Assembly (NCBI RefSeq): GCF_009914755.1
Contig: NC_060931.1
Source of the DNA: the human T2T-CHM13v2.0 reference genome, Homo sapiens
Length of the DNA: 64,000 nucleotides
Reading direction: 5' to 3' (one strand)
Shown: in pieces, positions 39,914 to 51,759 of the stretch
Layout: the number at the start of each line of letters is the position of its first letter
Position numbering within the stretch: position 1 is the stretch's first letter
Position numbers and translations under genes: made by a program
Notes under the pieces: generated by a model
Told to the model about the DNA's origin: nothing
The model's input: only the letters and a program-made list of their open reading frames with translations
Databases searched by the model: none

Positions 39914-41239
39914 CTGAAAGAAAGGTAAAACCATTCTAGTCCAAGCGAGTTTCCTAAGACATTCTTACTAAGTCACAAGTACATACTCCAAGAAGCTGCC
40001 TGGCTTTTGTGGGAACACAAGTGTCAGTGAATTTAGGCTGTGGCCTAAATATGCAAATTTTGGAGCCTAACCTCCAAAATTCGAAAGATGCAGTGTTCTC
40101 TGGAAGTTTGGAAGCCTAGTTCTGGGGTGGTAATTACATGATGGCTGGAGGAGCAACTGGTGATGGAAATCCTTAGGAGACACTAAAAATAACTCACATT
40201 TTAATCGACCAATCTGGAACTTCTCTCACCCCTTCATGCCAATCGTGCAATTACCATAACTCCATTCACCATGTTCCTCAGCAGTTAGTATGCACCATTC
40301 TCAGTCCTACAAGATAGTAACTATTATCCCTGATTCACAGGTCCAGGTACAAGGGCAGGTAGCACAAGACGGGGAGGGGACTGAACCACACTGCACTCAC
40401 ACCTCACCCTACAATTAAAAACCGTCCTTCAGCGCGTGGCTGCCGAGCACCTCAAACTGAAACAAGTGTTCTTTACCACCTTTCTCTGGAGTGACAGAGA
40501 GAAAGAAAATCCCAGTAAGCCCTTCTGGCCCTGCCCACCACCTCCCCTGTTCCCACCCAGGCCAAAGGGGGAATGCGTGGGCCCTGCTCCCACCCCCGAT
40601 GCTGACATCAAAGGAGCAGAGACACGCAGGAGACTCCAGGCAGCACCCGAGGCCCTGGCCGCCAGCACGTCATAATCCCTGCAGTCGCTGCCTTTCAGAC
40701 TTAAAAAGAACAATGAGGAAAGACACCCACGCTTCCCCTCACTGGGCTAGGAAGGAGAGCTTTGCGGGTTTAGACTGCAGTCTCCCCCGCCCATAGCCAC
40801 CTGTGTGCCGGCTCCGCAGACGAGGTCCCCCCAGCACCCTGGCAGGGACTGTACCATCAACAGACAAATGGCAGCCGACCAAGGAGGCGACTGGCGTGTG
40901 GAACAGGTGATCCGATTGTTTTTCTAAAGAGCAAGGGCTAGGACGTCCTACGTGTTCATATGCACAATTTTTTGAACTCCATCAAGAACACGAACCCCAT
41001 GCCCACATCTTCACTGCTCAATTCACATTGTCTGATATGCACCTTCCAGGGAGAAGGAGGTTTTCATGGAGAAAGAGGCAACGTTGACTATACGTGTTTA
41101 CTCAAGGCTTTTTTATACCGGACTATATGCCATCCAGGTTTAAGAGAAGTCCAGGCAGGCTCTAGCATTATGTTTTTCACAGAAAAAGCCGGTGCAGTAG
41201 CCCGGATGCCCAGATCCACTCATTTCCCAAACCGGTTCC

Positions 41240-42360
41240 CACACCCGCTGCCCACCACCTGGCGAGGAAGGAGCGGGCGAGGTTCGCTCGAATCGTCGTC
41301 ACGGGTTTCCGTGGGTACAGTTATTACTCGTTACATAATATTAAACAATTAAGATTAAAAATGGTTACATAATACTGTCCTATGGCTGGCGGCAACGAAG
41401 CTCGGGATCTCGGACTGCAGCGAGCCCGCGGCAGGCGGGCAGGGGGCCGCGCGGCAAGACCTCCCCGCCTCCCTCCCGGGCCCTGTCCGCCGCGGCCGGG
41501 GCCTCTGCAGCCTGCGCAGGCCGATCCGCCCGCCGCCCCGGCTCGCGCCCACCGCCCACCGCCCACCGCCCAGCGCCCGCGGCGGAGCCCACCTGAGTAC
41601 CTGGAGAGCGGGCGGCAGCACTGGCCGCACGGGGTCGCTGCGTGTGCGCCGCCGGCCCGGGTAGGGCTTCGGGGCCCGGCCCCCGCAGTGCCCGGCGCGT
41701 GGACAGCGCTCCGCATGGACAGCGCTCGGAGCCGGGCCGGGCTGGTCCTCCACGGCTCCGCCCCGGCCAGGGGCCTGCGGCGCAGAAAACCGACCCGGGG
41801 CCTCGGGGCCACCGCGCGCCAGGCGAACGCGCTAGCACGAAAAGCGGGCCAACGCCGCCTCTGGGGACGCCATCCGGGCGAGGGTGGGATGCCGCGCCAC
41901 CGCCCGAGCGTGCCCGGGGGCTCCCAGCGCCATCACCACGCAGGTGCCCGGGGGCCCCTCCGCGGAGCCGGCTGCCGCCCGGCTGCAATACTCAGCCTCC
42001 GAGGGACTGGGCGCTCCTGAGGAGCGGGAGGACGACGGAGCAGCGCCCGGTCCCGGAGCACAACAGGAATCCCAGGACCAAACCCATGTGACGCGGCCAC
42101 GCCCCAACGCCCGGCGGGGGCCCTCTGCTGCCCAATCCCCGGATCCCTGGTTCTCATGGCAACCCTGAAGAACCCCTTGTTCCCTCCACTGCCTCCTCTC
42201 CTCCCCCACAGCCCCCCCGCCTGATGGGCAAGGACGCGCACACTGGCCACTCTGACGATGCCGAAAGCCCTCCATGTCTACCCGCTACGCCGCATTCGCA
42301 GACAGGCGGGGGACATCGCGGCCGCGGCAAGCTAGAGATGCCGCCTGCTCGAGCAACCTT
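41240..42360. promoter_or_regulatory. GRB10: CpG island 2 = GRB10 germline DMR / imprinting control region and alternative promoter
   Basis: ~1.1 kb CpG-dense island ~10 kb downstream of CGI1 with 8 TGCCGC/GCGGCA (ZFP57) hexamers. DMR status is established knowledge for GRB10 CGI2; methylation itself is not visible in sequence. Confidence 0.85.
41601..41750 (-). other. GRB10: Alternative non-coding first exon from CGI2/DMR (5' boundary approximate)
   Basis: Donor CTCTCCAG|GTACTC at 41601/41600, with a second possible donor CAG|GTGGGC at 41593/41592, inside CGI2 and 1.7 kb upstream of the 110-nt exon. Confidence 0.6.
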
Positions 42361-42585
42361 CCACCTGCAGGGCCGGCCAGTTCTACTCTTCCAGGATCAC
42401 TCTCGTCTCACCCTTCTCCCCAAAATGTCAGAGCAAGAACCAGGAAGGGAGAGGCTCTTTCTGGAAGCCACAGGCATAACGTTACTGAACAACGAGGACA
42501 AAGTAGGGTCCCATTTAAACTGAGAGTCAGCGAGGGAAAGAACAGATCCTATACATACCAAGCATCTGCTATGTGCTAGTCACTT

Positions 42586-42770
42586 CACACACACACACAC
42601 CCCACACACACCTCACACACACACACACACCACACACATCCCACCCACCCACTCACATACATACATACACACCACACACATACATACACACCACACACAC
42701 ACATACACCACACACACACATCACACATACTCCCCCACCCCCGCACACACATACACCACAGACATACACA
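42586..42770. repeat. Degenerate (CA)n/CACAC-rich simple repeat
   Basis: Seen directly; lies immediately upstream of CGI2. Confidence 0.92.
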
Positions 42771-44959
42771 CGAGCCTGCAATGATGGAAGCAAAACAGAA
42801 CGTTTGGAGATATTCACTGCCGTTTACAAGGCCACAGTAAGCAGTAAGCAGATTTTCTACTCCCCTCTAGCAGAGAACATGGTAGGAAAAGCTAGACATT
42901 GTAGACAGCAGTAAGAACCTAACAGTCAACAGTGGACAATGGATTCTGAAACTGAGATCCTATACTGCATTCACACACGTTAAGGGGCAGGGCGCTGGGA
43001 AAACCCCATCTCAGTCTGGGGTTCAAAGAGTGGAAAAGCTACCCTAGTCCAACTGCTCGGAGGCCAGGTCAGGCCCCTGAAGGTCACTGGAGGAGGAGGC
43101 TGGAAAAAGTGCAGATATGCACTCCAAAAGGAGAGGTTCCACGGTGGTCATGACCACAAAATTCCAATATGTTTAAGTCGATCAAACAAAAGCAGAGTTA
43201 AGGCTGGTTCTGAGAGCAGCCAAGAGCAGTTTTCAACACAACACAAAGGGTAACACAAGGCTTTCTTTTCTCACAGTCCGGGCTGACCACATATGGCCTG
43301 GCTACTGCAAGAAACATTGAAGGTGTTAGCGCTTTTGACTCTAACTGCGCACCCCTCAGAGAAGATGTCACATAGTGAACATCGCAAGGCACAGAATGGG
43401 AAATGGAAGCACAGAATCAAACCCTGAGATTCGGGGAGAAACCAAAGTGTGGAGAAATTATGTAACTTATCCAAAGTCCAGAGCAGGTTACTGACTGGGA
43501 GAACTTGGCGTTCCTTCCAGACTCCAGATATGAGACTTTTCTGCGGTCTGACACAGTGGCTTCTTCCACCTCTGCAGTCAACCCCACAAAGGTGGCTCGA
43601 GTGTTCCTCTGCCTCCCTGCCCAGCAGCTCCCAGCCTGGATGGTGAACTCCTTTGCCTGAACATCCCACGCACCCTGCCATCTCCTGGGCTAGAACAACA
43701 GGTTGTGCAGGACAGAGGGCTTCCCTGCCACACTCCCCTCTATTACAAAATGCCAGAGGTCCCAGTTCGAAGCAGCTGTTCCTGGATGTGGGAAGAGCAA
43801 GAGAGAAATGATCTAATGATGGACAAGGAATCTTGAAAAGCCAGACCTTCACTGAATGGCTGACAGGACACACATTTTGCTTTACTAGAACAAGAACAGA
43901 ATCTTTGAAAAGGCATAAAAGCCAGTGGTCAAGAAGTAACTGACAGCAAAGGCAAAAGAGATGAAGGCTAAGCTGGAAAGTGGAGATGAAGCCTGATGAT
44001 ATACTCAGTGGAAGCCCAGAAAGTCTCAGGAATGAGAACTACCATTCACCTCTGGAAATGGGAAACGTAGAGTCCAAAACAAGAAGATTAATCGGAAGTG
44101 TCAGGAATAGCTGGGCCCCATTTCATCCCGGGTCCTCTCCCCAGCTCCATCAGCTAGGTGACTTCTTTTCTGGAAGCAGGGACACAGGTCTCTGGACCAG
44201 GATCAGCAGACACAGCCATGCCTTTAGTCCCAGAAAGATTTGGTGGATCACATGCTAGCTGCCATATGAATCCCACCACCATCCCCAGCAGCTCCTGGAG
44301 CAGCACCTCCAACAGAACTGAAAGAGGCTCCTGCAGAGCTGAGAAGAGACCCAAAAGCATGAGCCCCACAACAAGCAACCAGGCGTCCATCCACAGAGGC
44401 CACAGTTAAATGCTCACTCACACAGGGCTCCTGTCAGCTTCTGAGCAATGTCCTTTTGAAAGTGGGAAGACCCCAGACAGCTAAGCGAAGCCTCTAAGGT
44501 GAAAGATGTGGCCAAATTGCATGGGACAAACACTTCCTATGCCTCACCTCCCTGGGCCCTGTCCACAGCTCTATTGAGCCGCATCTGATGGGACCCCTAT
44601 GTCCTGCAGCACAGCCTCCTCCTACCAGGGCTCTGAAGAGCCTGTACACCCAGCACCTGCAGGGATGTAGCCCAGATGCAACCCTGGCCCATGGTGACGG
44701 GCACTGACAGGAGATACATCCTCCACCCCAACCCCTTCCCAGCACTGTCTGGAGGACTGGGAGCTCGTGACACAAGCCAGCCCCACATGTGGAACCATTG
44801 GCTTCACTCAATTCTAGGCACTGCCCACCGCGGGCACCCCGCCTCACCCTGCACCCAGGTTCCCTCCTTCCAGCCTCCCTCCACCAGGCTGGCACACCCT
44901 CCTACAATAGAAGCACACAAGGCTTTGCCATAGGCTCTGCTTTCCGGGTAAGCTGGACA

Positions 44960-46620
44960 CAAACAAACAGAAAAATTAAAAGTAAATCATTTACAAATGG
45001 GAGAGAAGAAACGATACACAAAAAGTTTTTAAAAATTAATATCTACAAATGAGATAGACGTATCTATGAAATAAGAATATTATGCCATTAAAAAAAGAAT
45101 ACTCACTTTGAATGTCAATAATGTGTCAATAGTCAACTGTAACAAATGTACAGGATTCCCAGTAGTGGGAGAGGCTGTGCGTGTGTGGGGCAGAGGGCAT
45201 GTAGGAAATCTCTGGACCTTCCATTCAGTTTTGCTGTAAACCTGAAACTGCTCTAAAGTCTGTTTTTTAAAAAGAATATAAATATATATAGAGAGAGAGA
45301 TCCTAAGAAATTCAAAATGAAAATAGAAACAAAATCCAACAGAAAAGTTAAAAGGTCAAATTGAGGACATATCCCAAAACCTAAAAACAACACAACAGAC
45401 ACAGACTATTAGATAAAAAATACAGAGAACCAATCCAGGTGGCTAAAAACCAAATAACTGCCATCCTAGAAAGAGAGAAGAGGAAAATGGAAGAAAAGAA
45501 ATGAAAGGATTAATTCAAAAACATGTCCAAGACCAGAAAGATCTGAGATTCCAGCTTCAATGGGCCCTCAACATACCCCACACACAAAGTGGAGACCCAA
45601 CAAGACTCATCTTCAAGGAACTTCGGAACAAAGGCACAGAGAATATCCTACAAGTGTCCAGACATGACAAAACAAAACAAAAAACAAACCAAAAAACCAC
45701 TCTGGTACTCTTTCATACACAGAATCAAGAATCAGAAGAGCTTCTTTCTCAACCCCATTCTGCCTAAAGGCAATGGAAGCCTCTAAATGTTTTAGGGAAA
45801 ACTATCTTTAATTTAGAAATCCATATTCAGACAAACCGTAAACTGTGAGAGTAGATGGACATTTTCCCAGACATGCAAGGTCTCAAAAAGTTGACATCTT
45901 GTGCACCACTTTTTGGAAGCTTCTATAGAAAGTACTCCATCAAATTTTGGAAATAAACCAAGAAGAAAAGTCATGAGATCCAAGAGAAAGGCAAAGGGGC
46001 ATTCCTGGGACAATGGAGAAGAAAGACTCCAAGACAACAGCTGTGCAGGGAGCCTCAGAGCAACCCAGCCTGCTGAAAGCAGAAAGGCACACAAGGAACT
46101 GCTTCCAAAGATAAAACTGCAGATCACCTTAGGCCTTGGAAAAGAGATTCACACAACTCTGTAAGTTTGGAGGGAAGAATGGTAAGTACATTTTAAAAAC
46201 TAGGCAAAAACAACTCCAGGAGAAAACAAAATGTCCTAGGAGAAAATCACAGTTATCACAGTATACTACATGGCTCAGCTATGAGCAGCATTAGGGGACC
46301 ATCCCAACACTGCATACTGATGGAGCTGAATGGACCAGAAGAGACGATGAAGAGACAAGAGTGAGTGTAGGGTGGGGATGGGGCAAAGGGCATCATCCTC
46401 ACCTTCCATGGAGTTTGAAATCAAGAATCACATGAAAAATGGGGCTCTGGAGAGCAGGAGGAGGAGGAGGAGGAGGAGGAGGAGGTTGCCAGGAATCGCA
46501 ATCTATTGTCTAGACCTCTTCAGAAATATGGAAGTACGTACAGAAAAAAATCTGCTGATAAGTTACTTCTGGGGAATTATTTCATCTTTAACCTATGTCT
46601 ACATATCACTCTGATTTTAA
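44960..46620 (+). mobile_element. HAL1 / old L1 ORF1-like element with a small inserted L1MC/MD 3' fragment (~45110-45275)
   Basis: gagattccagcttcaatgggccc...; cagacatgcaaggtctcaaaaagttgacatcttgtgcacc; ccaagacaacagctgtgcag resemble HAL1. Confidence 0.65.
46456..46485. repeat. (AGG)10 trinucleotide repeat
   Basis: Seen directly. Confidence 0.95.
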
Positions 46621-49600
46621 AAATCCAAACTAAATTTTAAAATAGTTTGCTCTGGGTGTTGAGGAATTAGGAAACCAGGTGACCCTTCAGACGAAGAGAA
46701 CAGAAACACTGTGTGATATGGACAGGCAAGGACAGCAGGGGGACAGTGCCCTGGGCAGGGACGGTGGGTCAGGACAGGGACAGCCTGTGTCCACTCACTG
46801 CCCTGCAGGCCTAGGTGGGGAGAAGGCCGGGGAGACCTGTGATGGAGAGATGAGGCGACAATGACACTAGGAAGCCCTCCTGACTTATCCCTCCTGCGTC
46901 GCTCCATCACCTCACTAGGATCGCAGGCCAAGACACTCAACGTTCTCCTCTCTGGAGGGGATTCTGTGAGATGCACGTGATTTTCTTCAGAAGAGGGAGT
47001 GCGGTACCCTAGAACAGACACCTGGAAGCTCAGGTAACACCCCTGCAGCCTGTCCTGGGCCAGGGTGGTGTGGCCAGGGTGAAAAGATGGGCGGGGGAGG
47101 TGCCCTCTGGCTCAAATCAGCCCATACGGGACAATTAGAGGGCACTGAACATGACCCAGCCAGCTCAACTTCCCACAGGATGTGAAGACCGTCTAGGAAC
47201 AGCGATCTCAAGCAGGGCCCCAGGCTCAGCACCAGGCACTGTCCCTGGGCAGGAAGCTGTGGTACAAACTTCTGAATTTAAAAGTTACTCAATTCATGGT
47301 AGCTTCTCAAAGCAGGGAATCCAAAAATTATTCTATGAGGTATGTGGTATTATAAAGGTTTTTATACTAAAGGGAACTCTTCACTTACAAAAGGCTGGAA
47401 GCCACTGCCTAAATACTCCCAGGGATGAAAGTTAAAAATCAAATAAGTAAACTAAAGGCCCTGCACATCAGAGAAGTGGGGACCTGCCATCTCAGTGGGG
47501 CCCAGGTAGCTTGCAGTGAGCAGCCTTGGAGGTTCCTGACCCTCGACTCCCATGTGAAAGGACAAGAGAAGGTAGAAAGCGGGTCTTCAGCTATCCCTCA
47601 TGGTCCTCTATTGCTCAGACGTCCCCTTGGAGCTCCCAGAGTGAGACCCCTGACAGCTCACAGACAGGACCAGACAGAGAGCAGTCCCCAACGCAGTGCC
47701 ACCTGCACTGACCCAGCACATGAGGATCCCAGCCCCCAACCCCACATTAGCTCTAGTGACCTTAATGACACAATGATGAGGACCAACACACGCCAAAGTG
47801 CCAAGTACTTTGGGAAACCCATGTTAATAGGCAAGACTGCCACTGTTCATGCCCAGTTCCATTTACCTAATACAAAACCTTTCAAGAACTTCAGGGAGAA
47901 GCAGGACTGCCCACTAGCACAGCCCTGGATAGAGCTCGGAGCCACATCCCAGGGGCACATCAGCCTGACCAGGATAAGCGGTCCACAGTCATTTCAGTCC
48001 CAGCTAGGATAAGTGCCTCTGTAAGAGTCCAGACACCAACCGTGGGGGCCTGAAGACAAATGCCACAGGCTCCACAGGCCTGGAGACCAGAGATCTGTCT
48101 CCACACCCAATGCTGCTGCCCATCAGAGCTTACGCACTGCAGGGGTCTTCACAACTTCTGCTCCTGGTTGAAGGAAACCAATTTTTGACACCTGCTATTC
48201 ACTATTATCTGGTTCAAATGGTTTGCAGCCAAGTGAAGTCTGCAGTACACCAGCTATCTTTGCTCTTAGAATTCTACCTGTGAGGAGTTCAAACTGTCAC
48301 GCTAAACACAGTCAACAAAAGGATTCTTCTGAGCACTGACTGTGGCTCAAAGAACATTCAGATAAATTCAAACAAGATTTTGTGCAACTAGCATGTACAA
48401 AGCACTGGAAGACAAAAATACAAAAGCCAAGTCCCCTTTCTAACCAACCTTATAAATTAATAGCAAGCAGGATATCAAGTCCACAAACTGCTCTAAGACA
48501 AGGCTGACGGCAAAGTGCCTACAGACATCGCCACAAAGACTGCATGAGCTCTGCATCGTGCCAATCACACACATCACACCTCGTGCTACCTTCCCAACAA
48601 GCCGTGGGGATAAACACGCCTATGGCTTCCATTTTAACGGATCAAGTTGGTTCACTTGTTCAGCCTGGCCAAACTAGTAAGTAGTACAACCAGGAGTCAA
48701 CTGAGGCAGTGTGCCTGCTGCCCTGGTCAAATAGAGCAGAAAAGAAACGATATGGTGGGAGGGGTTATTCCTCCCCAGCGCCCGTTCTCAGGCTTGACGT
48801 TAACAACAAAAAGTCCACTCTGTTGCTGGGTCCAGCCCAAATAATAAGCCCCTCAAATTAGGGATCTGAAAAGACTAGAAGAATCTCCCCAGAAATCCAT
48901 ATGTAAAGTAGATGGTTCAAAAATATGAATATTCTAATACAGGGGAAAAGAAAAAATCTCCTTAGAGTCACTATATCCTAAAAGCAAAAAAATCAGAACC
49001 ACTCATTTCTACCTCTGAGATTATTTTTGATAACCCCAGGAAATGGCTTCTTCTGTTGCCATCTCAAAGGACAATCACACCATTTTTCAATCCATTATTA
49101 AAGAAGAGCCATCAGCCTGCCTTTCCACGAGTAAGCGGGTGGTTTTAAGCTTTGACTGCTTTTATCTCCCTGCAGTTAGCAGGCCCTGTGATCACCAGGA
49201 GCATGGACAAAAGCCTCCAGAAGACAAAAGTGCAGGAAAGCTCATTTCTCAGAGATCAGTTCAGAAGTGGTCCAGGTTGGGGGTGGGAGTCTGATGCAAA
49301 GGTGTCCCAGCCAAGAGGAACAAGGAGTGAAAACAGATACAGCTCCCTAAAAGTGTGCAGCTAAAATATTCACACAAATTAAATACCAGCCAGGGGCTGA
49401 ATGGATCAGACCAGTTATACCCCTAATAGTATGCAAACTCTGAAAGTGATCCCTAGAACTCCAAAGTACCTGTCTGCCAAGTCTCACCCACCAAGTAGTT
49501 GGACGACCTTAATTTCTTCCATAATCTCCCACACTTCTGTACTTCTACAGTTATATAAAAAATAAAATAGCACAGGTTAAAAGAAAAGTCTCCACTACCA

Positions 49601-50654
49601 GGAAAAAAAAAAGTTTATTTAAACTTTGAAGGACTGATTACTCAAATGAAAGACAAGGCAAATATGTTCTCCTCACAAGCCATACAATGCCACGTTGGTT
49701 TAATAAACTGAGAAACAGACGCGGGGATTACGGAGCAAACGTGCAAAGGCACAGGCTTCCCCTCCAGGGAGCAGGACCAAAATCCCCTGCATTTAGCTCT
49801 GAGCTCTGACAGGCTGGCAACCTAACCCTAGATACAAGCTCAAATACATTCTACGATCCCGTAGGTTTCTCTTCCCCTTGCAGTTAAGAGTCGGACAGAA
49901 TTCCAAGGAAATAGATTCCATTCCTTAAATTATGCCACCTTTAAAGCATTCGGTTTTACCAGATAAACCAATCAAGAATTTCTACAGCTCTAAAATGAAG
50001 CTGAAGGCACAATAGATGACTGTGTTCAAGCTGGAGTTTGATTTCTACACATAATATAGCCTGTACCCGGAAAGATCACCAAAATCAAGTTCTGAGCTAA
50101 CTCTTCGAGTCTGACTCTGCTCTCTTCTCCTACTGGAGGCTGAGTAGACACAGACATAGCTCTTTAAACTGGGTCAGGGCTGCCCTTGGTCCCAGTCCTG
50201 GTGGCCATCACCATACAAAGCTCTGGACAAGTAGCTGGCATGAACCTGCCCAGTTCTGGGTTCCTGATCCACAAATGAAAAGCATTTTGAGTGGGCCAAC
50301 GCTGCCCCAAAAGTGACCAAACAGATAATATGCAATAGATGACTTTAGGGGTACACAACTTTTCTAATTACAGTAAACATAACTACCACATCAAAACTCA
50401 TGACTTCATGGATATCAAAATTCCTTCCCAAAATAAATGTGTATTTAAATGTAAAAAGTGAGTGAACTAAAAGGAAATATCTAGAATGCTCTGGTAACAT
50501 GGCATTAACCTTGAAGGCTGGGAGCCCCCAGACCAGGCAATCATCATTCTCCGAGTGTGTGACTGGCAGGCTATACATACCTGACCCACGCCATTTCCCT
50601 TTCAGAAGTGGATGTACTTTTGCAAATAAAACACAAGACTAAAATGATCCAAAG

Positions 50655-50830
50655 CTTAGGTTCTAGTGACAGCTTTGTCACTTGCTGACAGTATGACCTC
50701 GGGCATGCCAATTAACCTCCTGAGCCTTGGTTTTCAGACCTGTAAAATGGGGATCAGGAGGTTGTAGAGGGGATTAAAAGCAACAAGGCTTTTGAAAGTG
50801 CCTTGTAAACTGTGAAATGCTACAGAAGTA
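50655..50830 (+). mobile_element. MIR SINE
   Basis: tgacctcgggcatgccaattaacctcctgagccttggttttc..cctgtaaaatgggga core. Confidence 0.75.
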
Positions 50831-51759
50831 TCAGTCGCTACACTTCTCAGTTACAGGAGCAATGCCTGCTGGGCGTGTAACTCTGTCCTCAAATTCCCTC
50901 CCTGTAATCTGGGGATTGGCCTGTGTTGCCCTTCTCTTTCAAGTGCTCCCAGTAAAACTCAAATATTACATGCAGTGATCCTAGAGTTTTGATTTTTAAG
51001 AGAAAAACCTAGACATCTAGAATCATTCCTGGAAACATAGTTGGTTTTCAGTGCTTTTACTTAAAATACTCTCCTAAAAGACACTTCACCGCTGTCACAG
51101 CCAGAAGTCCCACTGCTGTAGAAACTCTTGATTCTAACTCTTTCCTCCTGGAAAGAGAGGAACTCGGGGTCAGCTCGTTAAAATATTGCCAGCATTGTGT
51201 TGTAAACCCTAGTCAACTCCGGTTGCTGCGCTAACAACATGTGTTCTTGGTAAAACTGCTTGAAACTTTAAATAGACCACCATTTCTGAAACTCGGGGGC
51301 TCCAAACGGCTGAATCAGCATTTTCAGAAACAAAGTGTTCTAGGCCTGGCCTTTTAAACAGCAGCAACGAGCAAGTTGTGCAATAACGCATATTTACTCA
51401 CGAGCTCTCCTTGTTTTGGTCTTTCCCCCCTCCCCCCCATCTCTTGAATGAAACTGGGCACCAAGTTTGCAAGAAAATATTCTTTCAAACGCATTGTAAA
51501 GATCCAGGACCCTGTAAAAATCACCTGTGGCTCTCTTACATTACCCAACGTTTCGGTGAAAGCAAACCATAAAAAGTTCGCGTTTCTTCCAATCCCAAGA
51601 AAAGACGCACACAATAAAAAGTAAAGGATACCCTAATTTCCATAACGCACATGCTCCAAGGCAGTCGTCAGGCAGGCGTTTGGAGAGGCAATCAGCAAAG
51701 GCGAAGAGTTGCATCAGAAATTTCCTTCTGCAAACGGTACCGCTCTTATCACATTTCCA

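Noticed and set aside
41324-42275. Overlapping 100-212 aa ORFs over CGI2
   Set aside because: Same GC-island artefact; only the spliced ATG-41716 uORF is kept as a hypothesis.
41240-42360. Mouse-type CTCF tandem-repeat array within the DMR
   Set aside because: No such multi-copy 10-bp array is visible here; only weak single CTCF-like matches (e.g. ~41255-41270).
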